Below, in pieces: positions 24,496 through 37,429 of a stretch of 64,000 bases of DNA; position 1 is the stretch's first letter, and each line of letters starts with the position of its first letter. The translations under genes were made by a program, and so were the position numbers. The DNA comes from Mobula hypostoma (lineage: Eukaryota): NCBI RefSeq assembly GCF_963921235.1, contig NC_086097.1, forward strand, positions 113,214,001 through 113,278,000. Reading direction: 5' to 3'. The notes beneath the pieces are model-generated. The model did not search any database and was not told the DNA's origin. It worked only from the letters and a program-made list of their open reading frames with translations.

Positions 24496-24959
24496 GAGTA
24501 GCAAACAGTATAAATATAAGGAAGCATAGAATAACAGGGAGAATGACAGGAAGGTGGGGTGACAGAAAGAAGAACTAGAATTCATTCCTGAACCTTTGGT
24601 TTCCATGATGTAGTACTCAGTTGTCTGCAACTCATTGGTATATTCTTTTAGTTCATAAGAATTGAACCTGTGTTTGGAAATCTTTTGGAATTCAGGAATC
24701 TTTTACAAATCAGAAATCCTTTGAGTGTTAAATGTGTGTTAAGAACTATTTATCTAAATTTGAATATGTATCATTAAAGTAAAATAAACTATGTTTGAGC
24801 TCCTTCATTAGGTGGAAGTATCTCCTCCTTGTTGGGGAAGGGGGATGCACCACTCAAGCAGTAGGTACTAGCAGGATATGATATAATGTAACTACCTATA
24901 GTGAGGGTATCTGTAGATATCTGTATTGGATAGGGCTTCAAATCTTATTTTGAGTTTAG

Positions 24960-25540
24960 GGCTTTATACGTCAACAATGAACAGTCCTACCGTCTGCAGC
25001 TCAGATTCATGGGGATATCCTGGAAAACATGAAATATTCCCAGAGCCTGAAATCTCATGCGTACAGTTCACACCCGCAAAGATACTCAACATTGCCTCAG
25101 AGTGAAAGTGCAGCTTTTGACATCAGAGGAAGAATGTTTGTTGATTGCATCAGTCGCTCTAATATCAAGCTGATAATATACTGGTCTGGCGTGACCATTG
25201 CCTTAGTGTCTGCAGCTGACAATAAGCTCAGCACATAAGAAACACTTCAAAAATCCTGTTAAGTATGATCAAACACTATCGACTGAAAGTTGTATGTGTA
25301 TATTCAGAAGAATACACACACACACCCACTACACAGGTCTGTCTTGATGGATTGTAAGGATTTCAACACTTCAAGCCATACAGCAGAACAGAAAGGCACC
25401 CAAGCTACTAAGTGTCTGCTGAGCACCCAGCTAATGACACAGCCCACCTACCTGCTTAGGAGTACGTGTCCCTGGTGCAGCTGAACCAGCAAACACCAGA
25501 TCGGCCTCATCAGACACCTTCAGACCTACAGACAAAATGG
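24960..25540 (+). mobile_element. Old RTE-like LINE 3' remnant
   Basis: Degenerate resemblance to the RTE ORF C-terminus. Boundaries are approximate. Confidence 0.4.
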
Positions 25541-25657
25541 CCTAGAAGATACCGTTCCTGACTCTACAAACTTACAAAAATGTACCATAAATGGATCTCC
25601 TCTGGTGTTGCCAGAGAATCTGCTTTCAGGCTTACTAATGCTTATTGAGCATCGATT

Positions 25658-27325
25658 CCTGATTGTGAATTGTGTCTAAATGATTCTCCACTAGAAAAAG
25701 TCAAGGTATTCAAGTTTTTAGGTGTCTGGTTTGATGAAAGACTTACTTAGAGGGTTCATATAGATAAAACAATTGGAAAGTGTGAGAAAGTTTTAAATGT
25801 TATGAGAAGTATTGCTGGATGCGACTGGGGAGCAGGGCAGGAAACTATATACTTAATATATCTAGCTATGATTAGATCAGTTATAGATTATGGTTGTATT
25901 GCTTATGGTTCCGCTGCTACAGCAGTGCTTGGAAAACTAGACACTGTGCAGTCCAAAGCACTTAGACTCTGATGTGGAGCTTTTAGAACAACATCAGTCC
26001 CAGCATTATGTGTGGAGATGGGAGCAGTGCCTCTGCATTTAAGACAAATTCAGTTGGGCCTGAAGTATTGAGTAAAACTAAATGGATTCAATCGCAGTTG
26101 TCCACCAAAGTGTCTTTTGCAGGGGAGGTTGGAGTGCCAAAGTAAAATTAAAAGATACCCATTTTTAGATTTGGTTAATAACTGGGCTGTGAAATTGAAA
26201 CTGACTGAGAAAGACATAGTTGACCAAATTTGCTTGCTACCCATCCCTTTTTGGCTCTTTCCAGAACCAGAAGTAGACCTATTCCTCCTTTTTCAGCTTC
26301 AAGGAAGCAGTGCAATTTCATCAGCGTTGATCACAAATGAATATTTAAATAATAGATGGGGATCTCATCTGAAGATTTTTACTGATGGCTCAGTGGACCC
26401 AGAGAGCGGTAGGGCAGGATTTGGGATGTATGTGTCTCAACTTGGAGGTAAGATTGGTCACCGGGTTTCAGATGGTGTTTCTGTTTTTGCAACAGAATTA
26501 TTAGCAGTCCTCTGAGCCTTATGGTGGATAGAAGACTCTCGACCACGTAGGGTTATCATCTGTTCAGATTCTGCTGCTGCCTTAGAGTCTTTAAAAGGGA
26601 ATAAATCAAAAGCTTGTCCTGACATAGTTATTGAGATTCTCTTAGTGTTGTTTAGAGTAGAGAAGATGGGTTATGCAGTTAGATTTTCATGGATACTTGG
26701 GCATGCTGGGGTGGAGGGAAATGAAATTGTGGATGGTATTGCAAAGTCTTTCTTACAGAGCAGACAAGTAGAAATTAGAGTTCCCCTAGGCAGAGCAGAA
26801 TTGAGAAGTAGGATTAAAAAAGGTATAGAGAAGAAGTGGCAGGAGGATTGGAAAAATGAATTAAGGGGCAGGCATTATTTTTCTAGTCACCCACTCGTTA
26901 AAAAGGTCTCAGACTGCTACCTTTTAAGTCGTAGAGATTTGGTGAAATTTACAAGACTTAGGTTGGGGCATTGTGGGTTAAACTATTATTTAAAGATAAT
27001 AGGAAAACATCCTACTGGATTATGTGACTGTGGTGGTCCAGAGACAGTCCAGCATGTTTTGCTGAGCTGTAATCGATACAAAATTGAAAGAAGCATGTTG
27101 TTCAAGAGGCTATCTGGCTTAAATTTATTTTGGTTTTCTATTAAATCTTTGTTTGGCCATCAAGAGAATCAAAATCTGATTGAAGAGTTTTTTTATTCAG
27201 TTTATACGTGAGACTAGGTAATATTCGAGAATTTGAGTTCCTTGAAGTTCTATAATTAATTATACATCCTGTGGAGGGCTGTAATACGCCTAGATGCGTC
27301 TAAACAGCCGGAAATAGAAGAAGAA
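25658..27325 (+). mobile_element. 5'-truncated I-group (Nimb-like) LINE with RNase H
   Basis: Motifs KFLGVWFD, RNase H IFTDGS..TELLA..CSDS..WILGHAGVEGNEIVD, TRLRLGH and the zinc motif CDCGGPETVQHVLLSC. (GAA)n tail and a perfect 11-bp TSD GAGCATCGATT at 25647-57 and 27326-36. Confidence 0.9.
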
Positions 27326-28279
27326 GAGCATCGATTTTGTTTATTTACATAATATACATGCAGTTTTAAAAAGTGCCTTGAACAAGCATATGTTTGGGAT
27401 GTCAGAATGATTTGAGATTCTTCAGGTATTTTCCCTCTTCAGTGAGGAGGCATTCCTGTAAAGATAATGTTCCTTTAAAGCAGAGGTTGATAGGTTCGTG
27501 ATTAATAAGGGTGTCAAAGGTTACAGGGAGAAGGCAGAAGGATGGGGTTGAGAGGGTTAACAAATCCACTATGATGGAATGGCAAAACAGACTTGAAGGG
27601 CTGAATAGCCTAATTCTGCTCCTGTATCAAATGTTTTTCTGGTCTTAAAATTATGGTCACAGCAGTCTCTGTAGCTGACTTTTATCCAAAAGGATAAGAA
27701 TTATTATTACTCTCAGTTTGCAAACAAAAGTTAAATCAAGAAAGCAAAGGGATATAATTTCAGAATTAAATTGTAGAATAAACATGTAAACCACACTATT
27801 TCAATTTTGCAAAATAATAACAAGGATTATTGTGTTTAAAAACAACACAGGTTTTAATACAGCTTTCCTCCTTTTGTTAACATGCTCATAATTCTGAAAA
27901 AGTATCTCAAAAATGACAAGCTAGTTATCTGTTTTATACCATTTCTCCCAGAAAATTGTCATGATGATTATGTCTGCAATGTGTGTTTCAGTCTGTAATT
28001 ATTTCTCTACCAGCTTTGAAGCTTTCCCTCGACTGTGAAGTGATTTAAAATAAAACTTTCACTGTCATCATTACACCAGCTGCAGAACATAAGGTTGTGC
28101 CAAGTTGCTACTGGGATCAAGGCCAATAAGAATAGCAGCAATCCTTAACAAAGAACTATCCTTAAAACCAGCAAAATGTTAGTTACTCGAATAGTATCGA
28201 TATTGTGTTTGCTGATAAACCTCAAAGTAAAACAGATGCATATGTGTAATCCGAAAGTGAGCTGTAAGTATAATTGACA

Positions 28280-28800
28280 TACGATGGATTCTGGTTATGG
28301 TAATTGGGCTATTAGTTAATCAGGGCAGCCACTTATCTGGGACAACTCTTGAAGAACAAAGACTAATCTAGAAAATAGCTGGGATTCCCTTCATTTATTT
28401 GGGGCACAATGCCATTTAATTGGGACAGGGGACTGTTGCCTAACAATTTCTAATTAGTGTCGGTCACATGCACTTGTGTGGCCTAGGACTGACACCGTAC
28501 TTACAGGGAACAGATTTTAAATAGCATTAGTTGCATGTGTTTGTGTTCAGAAAGCAGTGATTTTTGTCACTGATAGTTAGTGAGAAATAAGCAGTAAGAC
28601 AATTCAAAACTGTTATGCTCACTGTGGTTTCAAGCATTCAAGTTTGGAAATGCCAGAAACAGCCAGGAGGGAAAATGAAACTATTTCACTACTTCAACAG
28701 GTGAAGAAACTACAAAGAGTTTGAAGGTATTGACAATCATCTTGAATGTTATGATGAAAATGGAGATCTGGAGGACACAATTGCTGAAAATATTTTATAA
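28280..28800 (+). mobile_element. Tigger/pogo-like DNA transposon remnant
   Basis: Peptide KTIQNCYAHCGF, typical of the pogo/Tigger transposase C-terminus. Boundaries are approximate. Confidence 0.55.
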
Positions 28801-29269
28801 GGTGGGGAGGAAGGTACTTAAAAGTAACTTATATGATCGTAGCCAGTAACCATTCAATGCATAATGTGTGCTGTAATTATTTTCAATGCATTTTTGTCAC
28901 ACTTATGAAATAAGTGCAGAAAGCTTGCACCAGCATGCACTTCAGTTGGTGTTTCATTCTTTGATCAAGCTGTCACCCAGTCATTTGAGACTCAGAAATC
29001 CTGACACTGATTTTTGGAATGAAATCTGTAAACAGTGAGGAGTGCCTTGTGGAAGCAGATGTATGTGATGCCAAAATGATTTGAAGTTCTTCCAAATATT
29101 TTTCTCTCTTCATTGAGGTTTTCTCACTTCCCCATGAAGAGAGTGTTCCTTTAAAGATATAATCACTACTGTTTCCAGCTGTCTCAATAGCATTCACAAA
29201 TAGCTGCACTGATTCATAAGTGCCATTACAAAGAAGGCACAACAGTGCCTCTACTTTCTTGATATTTGC

Positions 29270-29920
29270 ATAGATCTGGCATACCATCTAAAACTTGGAC
29301 AAACTTCTGTAGATGCACAATGGAGAGCATCCTAACTGGTTTGCATCACCACCTGGCATGGAAACACCAATTGCCCAGGAATGGAAGAGCCTAACAAAAG
29401 TGGTGGATGCAGCCCAGTCCATCACAGGCAAAGTCCTCCACATCACTGAGCAAATTTACATAGAGTACTGCTAGAAGAAAGCGGCATCCATCATCAAGGA
29501 AACCCCTCATCTAGGTCATGACCTCTTCTCACTACAAAATCAGGTAGGAGATATAGAAGCCTTATGTCCCACACTACCAAGTTTAGGAAAAGTTATTACC
29601 CTACAAGGATCAGGCTCCTGAACCAGCATGGATAACTTCACTCACCTCAACACTAAACTGACTGCTCAACCTATAGACCCACTTTCTAGGACTCTACAAT
29701 TCATGCTGTCAGTATTATTTATTTACTTCTTTATTATTTGCACAGTTTGTCTTCTTTTGCACATTGACTGCCTGTCAGTCTTTGTGTGTAGTTTTCCATT
29801 GACTTTATTGCATTTCTTTATTTTCCTGTAAATGCCTGCAAGAAAATGAACCTCAAGGTAGTATATGTTGATATCCACCACACATACTTTGATAATAAAT
29901 CACTTTGACGTTTGAACTTG
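29270..29920 (+). mobile_element. Rex1/Babar 3' fragment
   Basis: ESILTG motif, GTTATTACCC..AGGCTCCTGAACC and a GATAATAAAT tail. Confidence 0.8.
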
Positions 29921-30386
29921 GAACTTATCCATACTAATTCCTCTATGAGTCAGAACAGTATATGTTAAGGAAGTGTGCAGGTTATTAACTATGCCTTTCA
30001 AGCATATTTCATACACCCCACTAACAATAACATAGGGAACATAAAAAAAATGCCTTAAAAAGATACAAAACAAATGAGTCAGCAGCATAGGTGCATTTTA
30101 GTAAAATACTATTGACTGGGTGACATCAAAATCCCATCCATATTTATAATCCAAAAACAGTGTTAAATTTGATCACACTGAAAAGTTGCAAGGCGTTTGC
30201 AGCAATGAATCAGAACTATAATCACTAGCAAAGATGATGTCATGAAATGTGTTGCTTTGCGGCAGCAGTACATTGCAGTGCATGAAAAAATACCATAAGG
30301 TACAACAAGAAACAAAAAAAATAAGGAAATGGTGCAAAGTGGCACTCCATGGCAAAAGTGAAAGAATAACCATTCTACAATTATCC

Positions 30387-31165
30387 AAGCTACCGGACAG
30401 ATGATGCTAATGAGAGAGATAATGGAAGACAATGGAGAAACATTCAAAATGCTAATAAGAGAGAAGAGAGAGATTAACAAGAAAGAAACATAATTCAGAT
30501 ATTGACAGACCACTTGCTTTGAACCTGAACTGTTTGAAGTTTGATGGACAGGTGACACCCCAGCAGGGGGATAAAAAGAGCAGGTTTGCTAAGGCACAAG
30601 ACATGCCATGAGACCCCACAAGTTGGTGGGAGTTTGGAGGACCGGTTCGCGGGAATTGGTCAGAGGCCCACAGGGTGTAAAGGTACGATTGGTGGGAACC
30701 TGGGGTGTGTGTCCACCCTTGCCTGGGTGCCGGGTTCGCTGCGGAAGAACGATCGTATCTGGAATGGAGGGGTCACAGTCGGTGACCACAGCGGGATCAG
30801 AAGACATCAAAAGGTCCACCCGAAACCAACTGCATAGCTCTCTCCCTCTCTCTCTCCCTCCCTCCCTCCCCAACGGTACAACAGCAGCGATTCCTTCGAA
30901 CTGCACTAAACTGAACTAAACTCTGCTTCACTTAAGACTGATTATTTTACCCCTAGACTGCGATAGAGCTTGGTTGATTCCTATTACCCTATTTCTGTGT
31001 ATATGTGTGTATTATCATTGCTAACCTGTTACATTTATATCCTTACGATTAGTGTACTGTATTACTTATTTCTTTAACAAAACTTTATTAGTTCCTAGTA
31101 ATCACAGACTCCAACGAGCATTCCATTTCTGCTGGTTTGGCAACCCAGTTACGGGGTACGTAACA
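30387..31165 (+). mobile_element. 5'-incomplete solo LTR related to the LTR at 60347-61198
   Basis: Shares CCTGAACTGTTTGAAGT, CCCCAGCAGGGGGATAAAAA and the identical 3' end CTGCTGGTTTGGCAACCCAGTTACGGGGTACGTAACA. Confidence 0.9.
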
Positions 31166-31451
31166 GGAACGACAAGAAAAAAAAATAAGGAAATGGTGCA
31201 AAGTGGCACTCCATGGCAAAAGTGAAAGAACAACTGTTCTACAATTATCCTGCTAAGAAAAAGCTTCTGAAGAAGGGTGTCGGCCCGAATCGTCGATTGT
31301 TTAATCATTTCCATAGATGCTGCCTGACCTGCTGAGTTCCCCCAGCATTTTGTGTGTGTTGTCCTGAGATCAGACTGTTTTTACTCAAAATAAATCAGAC
31401 CTGGAGCTATTGGAGTATCATACAACATACAATAGCATAGGGTTTGAAACA

Positions 31452-31661
31452 TTAATGGTGCATCATTGGAAGAAATGATGAAATCAGGGCAAAGCAGAAG
31501 AGATATCCTTCAATCTGCACAATAATCAGCCACATTAGAATTTGTGTTGTTGCATAATTTTCTTCATATGGCTGTTGCACACTAAATTCATCATCCAAGT
31601 CATCAGCTGATCTTGGGAGTGAGAATCCTGGGCCACGTTTGCTTTTGGGGCTCAAATTCAG
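31452..31661 (-). CDS. Candidate alternative terminal exon with a hydrophobic C-terminus (LNLSPKSKRGPGFSLPRSADDLDDEF...YLFCFALISSFLPMMHH*)
   Basis: Unique sequence, acceptor tctgctttaacag|, phase 0, 69 codons to the stop, protein-like composition. Confidence 0.45.
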   Translation of the reverse strand: MNLSPKSKRGPGFSLPRSADDLDDEFSVQQPYEENYATTQILMWLIIVQIEGYLFCFALISSFLPMMHH

Positions 31662-31879
31662 CTGTTAAAGCAGACTGTACCATGACGTCTGCAAAGGTAC
31701 CAGGTGCTAAACGTCATGATCAGTTGACTTTGGTAATTTGAGAGGATGCGATCCTATCCTATTTCAGATTCAAGTGTGGATTGCAAAGGGCACCTATAAG
31801 GTGACACGTGAACAGCCGATGGCCATTCTAACCAAGCAGTGAGCAAGACAATAGCAACAGAGAGTATAGGCTCACTCAA

Positions 31880-32165
31880 GGATAAGGTGAGATGAGTTAA
31901 GTTTAAAAGATGTGCAGGGCAAGATTTTATTTTACACAGAGTGGTGGGTGTCTAGAATGCGCTACCAGGAATAGTGATAAAGGTAAGTAAGAGACAGGGT
32001 TTCATGATGCTCTTAGATAAAGCACATGAATAGGCAGAGAATGGTGGGATATAGACCGTGTGCAGGTAGAAAGGATTAGTGTAATTAAGCATCATTTCAT
32101 TAATTAGTACAGCTCAATATTATGGGTCTATGGCTCTGTTCCTGTGCTGTACTGCTCTATGTTCT
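31880..32165 (+). mobile_element. CR1 3' fragment
   Basis: CR1 tail CCTGTGCTGTACTGCTCTATGTTCT. Confidence 0.7.
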
Positions 32166-32169
32166 GTAA

Positions 32170-33019
32170 TAATAGATAACAAAGATTTTGCTTCCTGTAT
32201 ACCTTTGGATGTGTGTTATGTATTTTGGGCTGCTGATCACGAAAATCAACAATGGAAGTTCCTATATTTGTTATTTCAATTCATTATTCAAGTCAATTAA
32301 AATGTTGCCCATGGTGTAAGCAGAGAGGTTTCCTGTCTTGTCCAGGCATGCTTTAGCAGAGCGGATGCTGCATGGCAGGGCAGGTTTTAGAAAGGCTATA
32401 AATTTCTGCGAAGAATTTCAATCAAACAGGTCATCAATGACAGGCAAATTGAATAACTTCTTGTGGGAGAAAATCGCAGGGAAGGCATTCAAGGATGCCG
32501 CTGGAACTTTTCATGGCAACTACAGAGCACCAAACTTCGTGCAACTGGTTGACAACATGCTTCAAGCATACAAAACCCATGAAGTTCCAAATGGCATTAA
32601 AGATTCATTTTCTGCACACTCATTTGGATTTCTTCCCTGCAAATCTTGCTGCTATCAGTGACGAGTGTGGTGAAAGGTTTTAATGGGACATTGTGGTCAT
32701 GGATAAGTGTTATCAGCACAACTGGAGTCCATCAACGCTGGCTGATTATTGTTGGACACTAACGCAAGAACCCTCAGACACTGAGTGCAAATGAAAATCA
32801 TAAGCAAAACATTTTAGCTTAGTTGAACTATTGCAAAGCATTAGCACCATTATGCATTAAATGCATTATATTCAATAAAAGTTCATTTCTAGTTTCTCCA
32901 AATTCCCTTGTGATACCAGTAGTCTGAAATTATATTTGTGTTCAGCCTCAAGTGGTCTATCACAAACAAAATAAAATTCTAAGACAGCAACACTTTCAAA
33001 AAAATTTGTTGTCCTGTGT
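32170..33019 (+). mobile_element. Internally deleted Chapaev3-like (CMC) DNA transposon
   Basis: Transposase C-terminus GNYRAPNF..LKIHFLHTHLDFFPANLAAISDECGERF..WSPSTLADYCWTL. The right end AAAAAATTTGTTGTCCTGTG resembles a CAC(T)GGACAAC-type TIR. The family assignment is from memory. Confidence 0.6.
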
Positions 33020-33389
33020 AACCACAGCGGTCTGCCTATGGAATTCTTTTTTAACATTTAGGCTGTGGATATGGATGACTTGGTAGGTCTAACACTTATT
33101 GTTCACAAGAAAAAAAGCAGAGAGCATTTTTTTCTGATTAACGTACATTTAGTGCTGTCATGCTATTACATTGGGTTCCAACATTTCGGTGCTAAGGACA
33201 TCCAGGTCCAGCTCCAGTTCGTTGAGCTGGTCAGTTAGGAGTTGAAATTGGGTGCCCTTCCCACAGATGTAGTCACCAAGGTACCCTGAAGTCCCACATC
33301 TTACAGCAGGAGTATTCCACTGCCTTAACTAACATCCTACTAATACTGAATTAAGGGTTAAGGATTTACAGACAAACAAAACTTACCTG

Positions 33390-34266
33390 TTCTTGAGAGA
33401 ATGGGCAAAGAAATGGCAGATGGAATAAAGTGTCAGAAAGTGTATGGCCGTGCACTTTAGTAGAAAAAAATGAAAGAGTTGACTATTTTCTAAACGGACA
33501 GAAAATACAAAAATCTGAGGTGCAAAGGGACTTACGAGTCCTTGTGCAGGATTCCCAAAAGGTTAATTTGCAGGTTGAGTCTCTGGTGAGGAAAGCAAAT
33601 GCAATGTTAGCATCCATTTCAAGAGGACCAGAATATAAAAGCAAGGATGGATGCTGAGGATTTATAAGGCACTAGTGAAGCCTCACTTGGAGTATAGTGA
33701 GCAGATTTGGTCCCTTGTTAATGAAAAAATTTGTTGGCATTGCAGAGAGTACAGAGGAGGTTCACAGAAATAATCCAAAGAATGTATGGGTCAATATATG
33801 AAGAGTATTTGATGGCTTTGGGCCTGTACTCACTGGAACTTAGAAGAAGGAGGGGAGATCTCATTGAACCAATGATATATTGAAACGCCTGGATAAAGTG
33901 GATGTGGAGAGGATGTTTACATTCGTGGGGAAGTCTAGGGCAAGAAAGCACAGCCGCAAAATGCAAGGAAGTCCCTTTAGAACAAGAATGAAGAATTTCT
34001 TTAGCCAGAGGGTGGTTAATTGTGGAAGTCTGTTACCTCAGACGGCAATGGAGGCTAAGTCACTGGATATCTTCCTTCTCTAGATCCTTCTTCAGTGAAT
34101 ATATTTAAAGCAGAGGTTAATAGGTTATTGATTAGAAGGGTGTCAAAGGTTATGCGGAGAAGGAAGAAGAATGGAGTTAAGAAGGATATTAATCAGCCAT
34201 GATAGAATGGCAGAGCAGACTTGATGGGCTGAATGGCCTAATTCTGCTCTTAAGTCTTATGGTCTT
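33390..34266 (+). mobile_element. CR1 3' fragment
   Basis: Peptides QKSEVQRDLRVLVQDS and FFSQRVVN, plus a CR1 tail. Confidence 0.88.
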
Positions 34267-34844
34267 TTGAGCACCATGTGCTGTGTTTTTTTTTAGGGAG
34301 CAGGTTATCAGCATATCTTTGATCTCCACAGTTAATGATATATCAGGCATAGGAGCTCTTTCTCAGTTGGATAAATTCTTTCATTTTTGCTATAAAGTAC
34401 CTCATTCCCAAGGGATGCCCAGTACTGCCACTTGAGTGATAGAACAAATTTCAGTGCTAAGCAATCTGAGGGCTCAACTAATTTTCTGGGAATAATTGAC
34501 CCAATTATTTCCAGTTAGGAAGAAAATTATGTCCAAGTGTTGTTGCTTGCATACTCTGTCCAAAATGACCTAACATAAAACTATACTCCAAACATTTTTA
34601 AGTGCTGTGTCCCTATAAAAATGTAGTTGGTACTTTTCGTTTTAAAAAAATCTACAAAGGCAATTAGGAAGATTTTACATTTCTGAGATTCAAACGAGCA
34701 AATATTTCTAACAGTCAAAGTTTCAGGATGAGACCCTTAGTGTCCTGATGAAGGGTCTCAGCCGGAAACGGTACCAGTTAGCTCCTCTCCATAGGTGCTG
34801 CCTGACACGCTGACTTCCTCCAGCACTTTTATTTGTTTTCTTAT

Positions 34845-35115
34845 TTATTTATTCAGATGCAGAGCGGAATAGGCTCTTCTGGCCCTTTCAGCCACGCTGC
34901 CCAGCAGCCCCGATTCAATCCTAGTGTAATCATAGGACAATTTACAATGACCAAATAACCTACCAACAGGTATGCCTTTGGAATGTGGGAGGAAACTGGA
35001 AGAAACCCACGTGTTCACAGGGAGAATGTACAGTACAAACTCCAGTACAGCAGCAACAAGAATGCAAGCTGGGTCGCTGGTACAGTAAAGCATTGCACGA
35101 ACCACTATACTACCG
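34845..35115 (-). mobile_element. HE1-like V-SINE
   Basis: Homologous to 17462-17740 and 39085-39355. Confidence 0.75.
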
Positions 35116-36044
35116 TTATCTACGACTTCCAGCTTCTGAAAAGTCTCTTGAGTTTATCAATATTTCTAACACTAACTTTCATTTCTATTTATCTTGTGTC
35201 CACAGCTAAAATTCAATCAGACATAATCAAACAAATGATAAAGGAAGTTTGAAAGTAGGTACATTTTGCACTGAGTTCTAGACCAATACCCCAATGCATC
35301 ACAGTTGGACAACATTTGCATATGCTGGACAACATTTAGGCACTTTATGCAAACACCAATACTTTGTCTGGTCACAACCACATTGCCACTTGAGACATCT
35401 TGAAGTATGTAAACTGGTGAATGCATGACTACTATTATGATATCAACACTTGGTATGTGTTGTGATTGTTGAAGGCAACGTATAAATAGAAGACATTCTT
35501 ATTTAATCTTGTTATAAAATACTTTCAAGGTATGTCAAAAAATTCAATTTCTCATCAAATTTTTAAAAATTCCTTTAATTTGCCACACAAGTTCTGCTGC
35601 CACATCATAATAATAAAGGACACTCCAAACATAAGTGATTTTGATCATATGTTGGTATATAAAATTACTGTTTGAAAAAATTAATTTCAAAATACACAGA
35701 AGTTAATTCCACGATTGACTGCTAACAGCATAAGAAGTGCATTATGCAAATGGAAAAATCATTTATATCTAAATGGTAATCTTTCTTCCATCAAAACTGC
35801 TCTTCCAGACACTTACAGAAAGATAAAATCAATCATTACAACTGAGAACCTATGAACTTACCTGTGAACTCATCCATATCTGAATTAGGAGCAGAAGTAA
35901 ACCATTCATTTGTTCAAGTCAGCTCAGCCATTTGCACAGGGTTGTAGCAGATCTAATTGAGATGTGGTAGCCTTCCTTGCTGATCAAGTATCTATTGACC
36001 TTTGCCTTAATGATCTCAGAGACATGACTTTATCTCCTTTTGTT

Positions 36045-36906
36045 GGCAGAATTTCGGATAGTGACGAAAGGGCATACAGGAGCGAGATATAGCAGCTTTT
36101 TAAATGGTGTCACAGAAAAACCTTACACTCAACGTTAGCAAGACCAAAGAGCTGATTGTGAACTTCAGGAAGAGTAAGATGAGGGAACACAAACCAATCT
36201 TCATAGAGGGATCAGAAGTGGAGAGAGCGAGCAATTCCAAGTTTCTGGATGTCAATATCTCTGATATCCTAACCTGGATGCAACGTATTGATGCAGCTAT
36301 AAAGGCAAGACAGCGGCTATATTTCATTAGGAGTCTGAGGAGATTTGGTTTGTCAACTAAAACATTTGAAAACTTCTACAAATGAACCATGGAGAGTGTT
36401 CTGAATAGCTGCATCACCATCTGGTAAGCAGGGGCGAGAGGTGGGGTAATCCTGCGTAAGATTAAAGTAAACTGCAGAAATTCGTGAAATTAGTCAGCTC
36501 CATCATGGGTAACCTCCACAGTATCAGAGTCATCTTCAAGGAGTGGTGCCTTAGAAAGGGACTGCTCCTTAGGACCTCTACCACCCAGGACATGCTGTCA
36601 GGAAGGAGGTACAGAAGCCAAAAGGCACACACTCAGTGTCTCAGGAACAGCTTCTTCTCCTCTGCCATCCGATTTCTAAATGGACATTGAACCCATGAAC
36701 ATTACCTCACTATGTTTTAATTCCTGTTATTTTGCACTACTTCCTTTAAATTCACTATTTAATAAACATTTATATAGCTAATGTAACTCTGTTTTTTTCT
36801 CTATATTTATTTATCATGTATTTTATTGTACTGCTGCAGCAAGTTAACAAATTTCATGACATGTGCCAGTGATATTAAACCTGATTCTGACTCTGACTCT
36901 GACTCT
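36045..36906 (+). mobile_element. Rex1/Babar 3' fragment
   Basis: Peptides LNVSKTKELIVNFRK and KARQRLYFIRSLRRFG, with a (CTGA(C/T)T)n tail. Confidence 0.85.
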
Positions 36907-37429
36907 TTATGGAAGAGAATTCCAAACAGTCACAGCCCTCGAAGAGAAAAAAAAAGTTTTGTTTCATCGGTGAAAGGGTACCTAATTAAAGGCAACTTGA
37001 AATGGGTATAAATTAAGCAAGGATATGAGTTTGATCAAAAAGCAAGTTTATTAAACAATCTCCTTTCACATGGGAGGATCTAACGACCAATTTAGGCAGA
37101 GTAATGCCGCAAATCAGAATTCAAAGGACAGACCATTAAATACATTTCCTGTTCCTTCTACAATTCACTCAGTTTTTCTTTTCTAAGTCAATATGCTGTT
37201 ACATTAAATACCATGGAAATGACCTACAGCCACTGCTGTTTATCTGACAGCCCACTTCCTGAGGAGGAATCATACCTCTCTCAATAATTGCATAGTTCTC
37301 AATTCTACTCACAACAGTTCCAAAGGTACCAAGATATGACAAGTATCAAATACAGAAAATTAAACAGGCAGAGTACTGCACCTAATCCGTGATGTTAAAC
37401 TAGTGCCAAGATATAAAATGACTACGTAT

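Noticed and set aside
28973..29287. 104-aa minus-strand ORF as a host exon
   Set aside because: It starts in antisense Rex sequence, has no convincing donor, and does not fit phase 0 at its plausible acceptor.
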